This document shows, piece after piece, positions 27,789-36,658 of a stretch of 61,219 nucleotides of DNA. The stretch spans positions 1 to 61,219 of the forward strand of contig JANYHV010000020.1 of the NCBI GenBank assembly GCA_025362195.1, written 5' to 3'. This DNA is from Fimbriiglobus sp. GTDB taxonomy: Bacteria > Planctomycetota > Planctomycetia > Gemmatales > Gemmataceae. The translations under genes and the position numbers were made by a program. Position 1 is the stretch's first letter; each line of letters starts with the position of its first letter. The notes beneath the pieces were generated by a model. The model did not search any database. It was given only the letters and a program-made list of their open reading frames with translations, and was not told where the DNA came from.

Positions 27789-29192
27789 TTAAAGGCGGGA
27801 GCTGTACTTCTTCACCGACTTGCCGAAGACCGCTTTGCGAACGGGCGGCGGGGCTTCCGGCTCGGCCCCGTGCGCCGGCCGCTCGCGGACCTTGCGGGTG
27901 ACGTGGGCCTCGAAGCCCTCGATGCGGTCCTCGTCGATCAGCTTGTTGATCGTCATCTCGATGTCGGTCAGGTGCCCGCCCTGCTCGGGCGTGACGAAGG
28001 CGATGGCCACCCCGTCGCGGCCGATGCGGCCCGTGCGGCCGATGCGGTGGACGTAGTTCTCGATGTCCATCGGCAGGTCGTAGTTAATCACGTGCGAGAT
28101 GCCCGACACGTCGATGCCGCGGCTGGCCACGTCGGTGGCGATCATGAACTTCAACTTGCCACTGCGGAAGTCGGCCATGATCTTTTCGCGCTGCTTCTGC
28201 GGCAGGTCGCCGTGGATGGCCGCGACGCTCGCCAGGGAGCGGGACATCTTCTTGTGCAGGTTGTCCGCCCAGCGCTTCCGCTCGACGAAGATCAGGCACT
28301 GCCGCGGTTGCTCGCGCTCGATGACCTTCAGCAGCAACTCGAACTTCCGCTCGTCATCGACGGTGATGAACGCCTGGCGAATCTTGTCCACGGTCACGAC
28401 CTTGGGGGTCATGTTCATGTGGATCGGGTCGCGCATGTACCGGGACACGAGCTTCTTGATCGGCTCGGGCACGGTCGCGGACATGAGCAGCGTCTGGCGG
28501 GACTCGGGGCAGCGGCGCAAAATCCGCTCGATGTCCGGGCGGAAGCCGATGTCGAGCATCCGGTCGGCCTCGTCCAGGACGACGTACTTGACGTGGTCGA
28601 GGTTGAGCGTGCCGCGGCGCAAGTGGTCGAGCATCCGGCCGGGGGTGCCGACGACGAGGTCGCAGCCGCGGCCGAGGAGGTCGAGTTGCTTGCCCATGCC
28701 GGCCCCGCCGTACACGGGGACGGTGCGGAAGAGCTTGCTCGGCGCGAGCTTGACGCCCTCGCCGGCGACCTGCATGGCGAGTTCGCGGGTCGGGCACATG
28801 ACGACCGCGATCGGGCCTTTCAACTTGTGCGGCCGCCAGCGGTTCATGAACGGGAGCAGGAACGCAGCCGTCTTGCCGGTCCCGGTCTGGGCCTGGCCGA
28901 TGACGTCCGCGCCGCGCATGGCGACGGGGATGACGGCGGCCTGGACGGGCGTCGCGTGGGTGTACCCGGCCTGGCGGATGGCGTCCATCAGCGGGCGGTT
29001 GAGCTTCATGTCGGCGTAGAGCGTGAGCGGCTCGTCGTCGGCGGGCGACATTTCGGCGATGGGGGCTTCCGGCGCGTCGTCCGCGTCGGTGTCGGAACTC
29101 TCGTCGCCGCTGGGGGCGTCCGCGTCCTCGTCGGCCGGGAAGCCGAGCGTGTCGTCGTGGTCAGCGTTGGGAGGAATAGCCTCGGACTCCAT
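27789..29192 (-). CDS. DEAD-box ATP-dependent RNA helicase with acidic N-terminal tail
   Basis: Q motif TPVQ, AQTGTGKT, PTRELA, TPGR, DEAD, SAT, HGD, RGID, YVHRIGRTGR. Confidence 0.97.
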   Translation of the reverse strand: MESEAIPPNADHDDTLGFPADEDADAPSGDESSDTDADDAPEAPIAEMSPADDEPLTLYADMKLNRPLMDAIRQAGYTHATPVQAAVIPVAMRGADVIGQAQTGTGKTAAFLLPFMNRWRPHKLKGPIAVVMCPTRELAMQVAGEGVKLAPSKLFRTVPVYGGAGMGKQLDLLGRGCDLVVGTPGRMLDHLRRGTLNLDHVKYVVLDEADRMLDIGFRPDIERILRRCPESRQTLLMSATVPEPIKKLVSRYMRDPIHMNMTPKVVTVDKIRQAFITVDDERKFELLLKVIEREQPRQCLIFVERKRWADNLHKKMSRSLASVAAIHGDLPQKQREKIMADFRSGKLKFMIATDVASRGIDVSGISHVINYDLPMDIENYVHRIGRTGRIGRDGVAIAFVTPEQGGHLTDIEMTINKLIDEDRIEGFEAHVTRKVRERPAHGAEPEAPPPVRKAVFGKSVKKYSSRL

Positions 29193-29326
29193 AATGCCTT
29201 CAAGTGTTGGGCGTGGTGTGCGTCAACGTCAATAGTTGATATAAGCGCCGCCGGCCCCGAAGTCCAGGGCCGCGCGCCCTGGGTGCAACTATACTCTCGG
29301 ACACCCCTCCCCCACGGGACAGCGAA

Positions 29327-31189
29327 ATGGGCTTCTTCCGCCGACTCTTCGACGCGATGTTGTTCCGGCCGGTCGGCAGCAACACCGGCTCCGGGACGAC
29401 CCGCCGCGAATTCCTCGTGACCGTGCAGGGGGCCGCCGTCGGCACCTTCCTGCTGCCGGTCGTGACCGGAGACGTGGCGGCCGTCGGGGCCGTCCCGCCG
29501 ACGCGCCGGGTTCTCGGGCGCGTCAACAAACTGGATGTCGGCGGCCAGTTCTCGCTGCTCTGGACAGAACTCGGCGATGACGGCAAGCCGCGGGTGATGG
29601 TTTGGAACCCCGAGACCCGCCAGGAGGTCGCCGACGCCCGGCGGTTCTACGACGCCGGTCGGGGCGTCGGCCGGGACGCCCCCGCCGGCCGCCGGATCCG
29701 CCGCGGGTCGGCCGTCGAGCGCACGCCCGAGGAACACGAGTACCTCGCCGCGATCCGCAATCGCCCGGACGACCCCCAGCCGTACCTCGACTACGCCGAG
29801 TGGCTCGAAGGCCGGGGCGACCCCTACGGCTCGTTCATTCGGGTGTGCGTGGAACTCGAAGGCCCGAAGGATCCTCCGGGAGACGACCCCTTGTGGGCCA
29901 CGAGCCAGGCGCTCGTCGAGGCGCACGCCGAGACGTGGATGAAGCCGTTGATCGGGCTGGGCTTCCAGCCGGAGATCATGGGCATCCGGACCATCGAGGT
30001 CTGGTTGACGAAGTTCGGCACGATCCAAGATTTTACGATCGATCGTCCCGGAGTGCTGCCGGAAAACGTCGGCCGGTTCTTCGCCGCGGTCCCGCTGATC
30101 CGCAAGCTTCTCCTGTCGGACGACGACATCGACTTCGGCGGGGTCTGCCACCTGCCGCAGATGGCCCAGATCGAGGAACTGACGTGCCGTCACGTCACGC
30201 CCGCGCAATTCCTCACGGCCTGCCGCTCCCCACACCTCGGCAAACTCCGCAAGCTCGACGCCTGGGTGCAGTCGGGCCGCGACGACCGTCTCGGCGAAGC
30301 CGGGGGCCGCGCGTTGGCGGCCGCGCCGTGGCTGCACCAACTCGACTGGCTGGCCTTGACCCGCAGCGGCCTGGGGGACGACGGCGTCCGCGCCTTCGCC
30401 GAGTCCCCGGCGGTCGCGCGGCTGAAGTCGCTCGACCTGTCGAACTGCGGCGAGTACGGCCCCGGCTTCGTCGCGCTGGCCAACTCGCCGCACCTCGCGG
30501 GACTGGAGGTGCTGAACTGGAGCGGTAACCACGTCAGCCCCGAGGCGCTGGGGGCGCTGGCGACCGCCAAGTTCCGCAGCAACTTGCGCGACCTGAACCT
30601 GAACTTTTGCGGCTCGCTGGGCCTGGGTCGGGCGGCCTTTGAACAGCTCGCCGCCGCGAATCTGCCTCGGCTCGAAGTGCTCGACATCAGCACCGGCCGG
30701 CTCAACGATGGCGGCATGGCCGCGCTCGCCGCCGCGCCGTGGCTCGCCGGGCTGAAGGACCTCAACGTCGCCGGCTCAGAAACGGGTGACACCGAACTCG
30801 CCGAACTCGCCCGGCTGCACCTGCCGAAACTCGAACGCCTGAAACTGGACCTGAACCCCTTCGGTGACGTCGGACTCGCTGCGTTGTGCCGAGGCCCGGC
30901 TTGGCCCGGATTGAAGAAGTTCGAGCTAGTCCCGAGCCCTGAGTCGTCGCCCGGAAGCCCGCCGCCCGGCCCGGAGGGGGCGCGGGCGTTCGCCGAGAGT
31001 ACGCGCTTCCCAAACCTGGAAGAAGTCGATCTGCGGCGCGTTGAGATCGGTGACGCCGGCGCGAGTGCGCTGGCGAAATCGGCCGGACTGTCGAAGCTGA
31101 AGAAGTTGGCCGTATCCGAAGACCAAGTCGGGCCGGCGGGTAAGGCCGCGCTCCAGCGACGTTTCGGCGACGGGCTGTCGCTGTGCTAA
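29327..31189 (+). CDS. TIGR02996 domain + ribonuclease-inhibitor-type LRR protein with N-terminal extension
   Basis: Internal EHEYLAAIRNRPDDPQPYLDYAEWLEGRGD. Multiple LxxLDLxxN..GD.G..AL repeats. Confidence 0.88.
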   Translation: MGFFRRLFDAMLFRPVGSNTGSGTTRREFLVTVQGAAVGTFLLPVVTGDVAAVGAVPPTRRVLGRVNKLDVGGQFSLLWTELGDDGKPRVMVWNPETRQEVADARRFYDAGRGVGRDAPAGRRIRRGSAVERTPEEHEYLAAIRNRPDDPQPYLDYAEWLEGRGDPYGSFIRVCVELEGPKDPPGDDPLWATSQALVEAHAETWMKPLIGLGFQPEIMGIRTIEVWLTKFGTIQDFTIDRPGVLPENVGRFFAAVPLIRKLLLSDDDIDFGGVCHLPQMAQIEELTCRHVTPAQFLTACRSPHLGKLRKLDAWVQSGRDDRLGEAGGRALAAAPWLHQLDWLALTRSGLGDDGVRAFAESPAVARLKSLDLSNCGEYGPGFVALANSPHLAGLEVLNWSGNHVSPEALGALATAKFRSNLRDLNLNFCGSLGLGRAAFEQLAAANLPRLEVLDISTGRLNDGGMAALAAAPWLAGLKDLNVAGSETGDTELAELARLHLPKLERLKLDLNPFGDVGLAALCRGPAWPGLKKFELVPSPESSPGSPPPGPEGARAFAESTRFPNLEEVDLRRVEIGDAGASALAKSAGLSKLKKLAVSEDQVGPAGKAALQRRFGDGLSLC

Positions 31190-31461
31190 CTTAGCCCCTC
31201 AGCGAGTGTCAGTCACGGTACGGATACGACGGTCTCACTCCTGTTCCGCATCCAGGCTCCGCCGCCGGCCTGGAAGGGATTGGCGTGGGTGTACCCGGCA
31301 TGACGGATCTCGTCCGTGAGCGGGCGTTGAGCTTCATGTCCACGTACCACTCCAACGCGGTGACCGGGCGCGCATTCCGCCGCGGCGCACCCTGTTCGAG
31401 CGGCGCGCTTTCGGTTGAATACTGGCTGTGCAACGGGCGAGGTTCGGGCCGGGGGATTGCG

Positions 31462-31992
31462 ATGGAAGTGCTGCTGACGGCCGACCAGATTCACGCCCGC
31501 GTCGGCGAACTCGCGGCCGACATCCGCCGGCAGTACGCCGGGCAGCCGTTCACGGTCGTCGGCATCCTGACCGGCAGCCTGGTCTTCCTGGCCGACCTGA
31601 TCCGCCGCATCGAACTGCCGCTGCAAATCGGCCTGATCGCGGCGTCGAGTTACCGCGGCACGGCGACCTCGGCCGGCACCCTGGTCGTCCAGGACAGCCT
31701 CCTGCCGGACGTGGCGGGGCGGCACCTGTTGCTCATGGACGACATCCTCGACACCGGGCGGACGATCAGCACCCTCGTCGAGCACATGCACCACCGGGGC
31801 GCGGCGTCCGTCCGCACGTGCGTCTTGCTGCGGAAGGTCGGCCGGCAGCAGGTCGCGTTCGAGCCGGACTACACCGGGTTCGCCATCCCGGACAAGTTCG
31901 TCGTCGGGTACGGCCTCGACTTCAACGACGACTACCGCCACCTGCCGTTCATCGGCGCGCTGCCCGACCCCGCGACCGCCGCCCACGCCTAA
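31462..31992 (+). CDS. hpt: Hypoxanthine phosphoribosyltransferase
   Basis: GILTGSLVFLADL, SSY, PRPP motif LLMDDILDTGRT, FVVGYGLD...YRHLP. Confidence 0.96.
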   Translation: MEVLLTADQIHARVGELAADIRRQYAGQPFTVVGILTGSLVFLADLIRRIELPLQIGLIAASSYRGTATSAGTLVVQDSLLPDVAGRHLLLMDDILDTGRTISTLVEHMHHRGAASVRTCVLLRKVGRQQVAFEPDYTGFAIPDKFVVGYGLDFNDDYRHLPFIGALPDPATAAHA

Positions 31993-32004
31993 CGATCGGT
32001 GCCC

Positions 32005-33123
32005 ATGACCCGCGTCCTGTACGTCGCCTCCGACCTCGGTTCCTCCGGCCCCGCCAAACTGGTGTCGCTGCTCGCGCCGGCCTTACCCCGCCCCGCGTTC
32101 GAGGCGGCCGTCGTCGATCTCACCGGCGGCGCGTCGGTAACGATGGTCAAGCGACTCCGGGACGCCGGGGTGCCGTGCTACGACGCCGCGCTGCGGGGCG
32201 TCATCGACCTGCGCGGCCTCCGCAACTTGCGCCGCGTCATGACGGCGTTTGCCCCGGACGTGATCCACGTCGGAGGGACGCGGGCGCTTCAGGCGATGTC
32301 GGGGCTTTGGTTCGCGAGCCTGAAGTCACGACTGCCGCCGATCGTCGCGTCGGGTATCGACGCGCCGTTGCTAGGCTCCCCTATCGTCGCCCGCCACGTC
32401 GCCCCCACGCTCGCCGAGGTATGGCGCTTGATCGTCAGCGGCGTGCCTGTCGAGCGCTTCACAATCTCCGATCCGGCCGTCGCTGCGTGCGAGCCGACGC
32501 CCGATGCCACGGGTCTTCGGGCAACCCTCGGCATTCCGCCGGCGGCACGGCTGGTCATCGCCGCCGGCCGGTTCGACAGTGTCGCCGGGCTGAAGTCGGC
32601 GGTGTGGGCGTTCGACGTGGTCAAGTACGTCGCCCCGGACTTGCACCTTATTCTCGTCGGCGACGGCCCCGAGCGCGAGCGACTCGAACGCTTCGCCAAG
32701 GCCCTCGGCTTCGACGACTACCGCGTCCACTTCGTCGGAACCCGCGACGACGTGCCGGAACTCCTGAGCCTCGCGGAACTCGTGTGGGTCACCCACAATG
32801 TCGGCGGCGTGAACGTTGCGTTGGAGGCGATGGCGGCCGGCAAGCCGGTCGTCGCCTTCGGCAACTCGGACCGCGCCAACTCGGACCTCGCCGATATCCT
32901 CGTCGAGGGGGTCACGGGGCGGTTCGTGCCCTACGGCGACCGCGTGCGGCTGGCGGCGATCTCGAACGAACTGCTCGAAGCCCCCGAGGTCGCCCGCGCC
33001 TTAGGAGAAGCGGGCCGGCGGCGGGCGATTGAGCACTTCGGCGTTGACGCGATGGCGTCCCGGTTCGCGTCCCTCTACGATGAGGTGGTCCGAACCCCCC
33101 GGCCCGCGGCGGACCTTCGATGA
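32005..33123 (+). CDS. Glycosyltransferase family 4 (GT-B)
   Basis: IAAGRF, LVGDGPERERLE, VHFVGTRDDV, ALEAMAAGKPVV, TGRFVP. Confidence 0.85.
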   Translation: MTRVLYVASDLGSSGPAKLVSLLAPALPRPAFEAAVVDLTGGASVTMVKRLRDAGVPCYDAALRGVIDLRGLRNLRRVMTAFAPDVIHVGGTRALQAMSGLWFASLKSRLPPIVASGIDAPLLGSPIVARHVAPTLAEVWRLIVSGVPVERFTISDPAVAACEPTPDATGLRATLGIPPAARLVIAAGRFDSVAGLKSAVWAFDVVKYVAPDLHLILVGDGPERERLERFAKALGFDDYRVHFVGTRDDVPELLSLAELVWVTHNVGGVNVALEAMAAGKPVVAFGNSDRANSDLADILVEGVTGRFVPYGDRVRLAAISNELLEAPEVARALGEAGRRRAIEHFGVDAMASRFASLYDEVVRTPRPAADLR

Positions 33124-34388
33124 CCACTGGCAACGTGACGACCGTGATCCTCGCCGGCGGCAAGGGCACCCGGCTCGAACCGCTGACCCGCGACCGGGCC
33201 AAGCCGGCCGTCCCGTTCTGCGGCATTTACCGGATCATCGACTTCACTTTGTCGAACTGCCTGAACAGCGGCCTGCGGCGCATCCTCGTGCTCACGCAGT
33301 TCAAGTCGCGGAGCCTCGACCGCCACATCCGCCGCGGGTGGAACTTCCTCAGCCCCGAAATGGACGAGTCGATCGAGGTCCTGCCGCCGCAACAGCGGAT
33401 CGACGAGAACTGGTACAAGGGCACCGCGGACGCCTTGTACCAGAACATATACAGCATCGAGAAGGACTCGCCGGACGAGATCGTCATCCTCGCGGGGGAC
33501 CACATTTACAAGATGGACTACCGGCGGATGGTCGAGTCGCACCGGGCCAACGCCGCCGACCTGACCATCGGGTGCATCCCCGTGCCGCTGGCCGAGGTGA
33601 ACCAGTTCGGCGTCGTCCGGACGCACGCCGACGGCCGCGTGTCGGGGTTCGACGAGAAGCCGGACACCGCCCCGCCGATGCCCGGCGACTCGGCCCACGC
33701 CCTGGGGTCGATGGGCATCTACGTGTTCAAGACCCGCGTCCTGTTCGAGCACTTGTGCCAGGACGCGGCCAAGCCGGACAGCGCGCACGACTTCGGCAAG
33801 AACGTCATCCCCGCGCTCATCGCCGACGGCCACCGGGTGTACGCCCACCACCTCCAGGACGAGAACCGCAAGGCCCGGCCGTACTGGCGCGACGTGGGCA
33901 CGCTGGACGCCTTCTACCAGGCCAACCTCGACCTGATCGACGTGGACCCGCAGCTCAACCTGTACGACGCCCGGTGGCCGATCCGCACGGTCCACTCGCA
34001 GTTGCCGCCGCCGAAGTTCGTCTTCCAGGAACCCGGCCCGGACGGCGTGGCCCGCCGCGGCGAAGCCCTCGACAGCCTGATCTCGCCGGGGTGCATCATC
34101 TCCGGCGGCCGCGTCCGCCGGAGCGTCCTGTCGCCGGGCGTGCGGGTGAACAGCTACGCCCTGGTGGACGACTCGATCTTGTTCGACGGGGTCGATGTCG
34201 GCCGGCACTGCCGCATCCGCCGGGCGATCATCGACAAGGAAGTGAAGTTGCCGCCGTACACGGTGCTCGGGTACGACCTCGACTTCGACCGCCGCCGCGG
34301 GTTCACGGTGACCGACCAGGGCGTCGTCGTCATCGGCAAAGACGAGCCGCCCGAAGCCTTCCTCGCCCCGAACGTGTTGCCGGGGTGA
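33120..34388 (+). CDS. glgC: Glucose-1-phosphate adenylyltransferase
   Basis: ILAGGKGTRL.PLT..RAKPAVPF, WYKGTADA, GDHIYKMDY, SMGIYVF, DFGKNVIP, YWRDVGT. Confidence 0.97.
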   Translation: MTTGNVTTVILAGGKGTRLEPLTRDRAKPAVPFCGIYRIIDFTLSNCLNSGLRRILVLTQFKSRSLDRHIRRGWNFLSPEMDESIEVLPPQQRIDENWYKGTADALYQNIYSIEKDSPDEIVILAGDHIYKMDYRRMVESHRANAADLTIGCIPVPLAEVNQFGVVRTHADGRVSGFDEKPDTAPPMPGDSAHALGSMGIYVFKTRVLFEHLCQDAAKPDSAHDFGKNVIPALIADGHRVYAHHLQDENRKARPYWRDVGTLDAFYQANLDLIDVDPQLNLYDARWPIRTVHSQLPPPKFVFQEPGPDGVARRGEALDSLISPGCIISGGRVRRSVLSPGVRVNSYALVDDSILFDGVDVGRHCRIRRAIIDKEVKLPPYTVLGYDLDFDRRRGFTVTDQGVVVIGKDEPPEAFLAPNVLPG

Positions 34389-34402
34389 AGGCGAGCGGCG
34401 TA

Positions 34403-34930
34403 CTATCGTCCCCCGGTCGCCGCGACCATTCGCTCCCAGATCAGCAACGCCGCAACGGTTTTGGCGTCCTTGATGCGGCCGTCGAGGCACATGGCGACGG
34501 CCTCGCTTAATGACAATGTCACCGCCTCCAACTCCTCGTCCGGTTCGAGGGCCGTCGGCCCGGGGGTCAGGTTCTCGGCGACGAACAGGTGCAACTTCTC
34601 GTCCATCACCCCCGGCGACGCGAACAGGTAGCCGAGGGAGCGCCACGTCGCCGCGGTGTAGCCGGTCTCTTCTTGCAACTCGCGCCGGGCGGCGGCTTCG
34701 ACCGGTTCGCCGACTTCGAGCGTGCCGGCCGGGACTTCCCACAGGGTTTCGCCGACGACCCAGCGGCGGTTCCGCAACAGGCAGACGTGCCCGGCGTCGA
34801 TCGCGGGCAGCACGACGACGGCCCCGGGGTGGACGACGGCGTCCCGGCGGATCACGGTGCCGTCCGGGGCCGTCGTCGTATCGACGTAGACGCGGATGCG
34901 GCGGCCGGTGTGGACGAGTTCGCGGGCCAT
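34403..34930 (-). CDS. NUDIX hydrolase, ADP-ribose/ADP-sugar pyrophosphatase-like
   Basis: HPGAV, WEVPAGTLEVGE..AAARRELQEETG Nudix box, SPG, DAKT. Confidence 0.92.
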   Translation of the reverse strand: MARELVHTGRRIRVYVDTTTAPDGTVIRRDAVVHPGAVVVLPAIDAGHVCLLRNRRWVVGETLWEVPAGTLEVGEPVEAAARRELQEETGYTAATWRSLGYLFASPGVMDEKLHLFVAENLTPGPTALEPDEELEAVTLSLSEAVAMCLDGRIKDAKTVAALLIWERMVAATGGR

Positions 34931-34995
34931 GAATTCACTCGGGGTGGACAGGGTCGGCCGGGGCGGGCATAACCGCGGCCGGGCGAGGGTATGGT

Positions 34996-36369
34996 ATGGC
35001 GGCGGCACGGCACGGCACTCACTGGGCGCTCGCGGGGTTCATCGCCCTGCTGGCCGGCGGCGGGGTGCGCGCCGTGGACCCGCCGCGGCCGACCAACGTC
35101 ACCCCGCCGGCCCTGCCGACGCCGAGCATTCCCGTGTCGGTCCCGGTGCCGCCGTCCGGGCCGCTCAAGCCGACGCCGGACATCCCGCCGCTCGGCCTCA
35201 CGACCTTCTCGCAAATCGACGGCCTGGCCACCGGCAAGACGGTGAGCGTCCCGTTGCAAGCGGTGACGATGCCCGACCCGCTGCCGCCGCCGGAACTGCA
35301 CACCGGGTACCTGCCGGCGGTCGGGGCACCGGTCCACGACTGCAACCCCATCGCCAACAGTTGGCTGACCGCCGAGGCCGTGCTGTGGTGGCCGAAGGGG
35401 GCACCGCTGCCGCCGCTGGTGACCGCGAGCCGGGGGGCCGCGCCGCCCCGCTTCGGCGGGCCGAACACGGCGCTCCTAGTCGGCGGGTCGGCGGACAGCC
35501 CGGAGTCGCTCGGCGGGCGGTTCGGGTACGGCTTTTCGGTCAACGAACAGGGGACGGCCGGGCTGGGCGCGACGTACTTCTTCCTCGGCACCCGGGTCCG
35601 CCGCGAACTCTTCGGCGACGCCCCGGGCCGCACCTTCGGCCGGCCGGTCATCGACCCGGCCACCGGGGCCGAAACGGTCTTGCCGGTCAGCGCCCCCGGC
35701 GGCCCGCGGGGCACCATCGGCGTCGCCACTTCGACCCGCGCGATGGGCTGGGAGGCGAACGGCCTGTTCAACCTCGTCACCGGCCCCCAGGCCCGCATCA
35801 ACGCCGTCGTCGGCTACCGGTACTTCCAGGTCAACGAGGGCCTGGCCGTCACCCAACTCGCCGTCCTCCCGGGCGGATCGATGAACGTCGCCGACCAGTT
35901 CGACACCCGCAACCGCTTCCACGGCGCGCAACTCGGCCTGACGGCGGACGTGGTCCACGGCGGCTTGTTCGTCGAACTCACCGGCAAGATCGCGCTCGGC
36001 CAATCGACCGGCCTCGTCGCCGTCCGCGGGCTGACGACCGGCCCCGGCGGCGCGCTCCCCGTCGGCGTGCTAGCCCAGGCGACCAACAGCGGGCACTTCA
36101 ACCAGTCGTCCCTCGCCGTCCTGCCCGAGGGGACCGTGCGGCTCGGCTTCCGCTTCGAGAACCGGTCGCGGATTTACGTCGGCTACAACCTGCTCTACCT
36201 GAGCGAGGCGGTGCGGCCGGGCGAGCAAATCGACCGCGCCGTGGACGTGGCCAATCTGACGCACTTCGGCACGGGGGTGGCCGTCGCCTCGGACCGCCCG
36301 TCCCTGCCATTTTTGCGCAGCGACTTCTGGGTCCAGGGCGTCGTCATCGGGCTGGAGTACCGGTACTAA
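34996..36369 (+). CDS. BBP7-type planctomycete outer-membrane beta-barrel protein
   Basis: Signal peptide, Pro-rich linker, W..AE..LWW...PPLVT, GYRY, DQFDTRNRFHG.QLG, VRPG.QID, terminal FWVQG...GLEYRY. Confidence 0.82.
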   Translation: MAAARHGTHWALAGFIALLAGGGVRAVDPPRPTNVTPPALPTPSIPVSVPVPPSGPLKPTPDIPPLGLTTFSQIDGLATGKTVSVPLQAVTMPDPLPPPELHTGYLPAVGAPVHDCNPIANSWLTAEAVLWWPKGAPLPPLVTASRGAAPPRFGGPNTALLVGGSADSPESLGGRFGYGFSVNEQGTAGLGATYFFLGTRVRRELFGDAPGRTFGRPVIDPATGAETVLPVSAPGGPRGTIGVATSTRAMGWEANGLFNLVTGPQARINAVVGYRYFQVNEGLAVTQLAVLPGGSMNVADQFDTRNRFHGAQLGLTADVVHGGLFVELTGKIALGQSTGLVAVRGLTTGPGGALPVGVLAQATNSGHFNQSSLAVLPEGTVRLGFRFENRSRIYVGYNLLYLSEAVRPGEQIDRAVDVANLTHFGTGVAVASDRPSLPFLRSDFWVQGVVIGLEYRY

Positions 36370-36474
36370 ACCAGGCTGCGAGTTTGTCGGGCGGGATACC
36401 GGCTGGACGGGACATCGTTCCCGCATTCGTCTCCGCCATCGTGTCGCCCGCCGAATCGGGCTGAGGGTTGGGTA

Positions 36475-36640
36475 GCTCCGCCGCAGGCGAGTCTTGTTAG
36501 CCCGACGCGCTAGCGAGGGTCGATGGGTCGTTGACAATGTCGGGAGTCGTGGGCCGAAGGGTCGATAACTGCCAACCTTGCCCTCGACCGCTCGACCCTC
36601 GCTAGCGCGTCGGGCTAACAAGACTCGCCTGCGGCGGAGC
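36475..36640. repeat. REP-doublet/REPIN-like palindrome, family B (extended)
   Basis: Perfect 49-bp inverted arms 36475-36523 and 36592-36640 with a 68-nt spacer, between convergent genes. The core TTGTTAGCCCGACGCGC is shared with 9085. Confidence 0.92.
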
Positions 36641-36658
36641 CGAAACCTTGCTAAACGA

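Noticed and set aside
31209-31433. Small minus-strand ORF between the LRR gene and hpt
   Set aside because: It has no motif and a poorly spaced RBS, and it overlaps the probable hpt promoter, so it cannot be supported.
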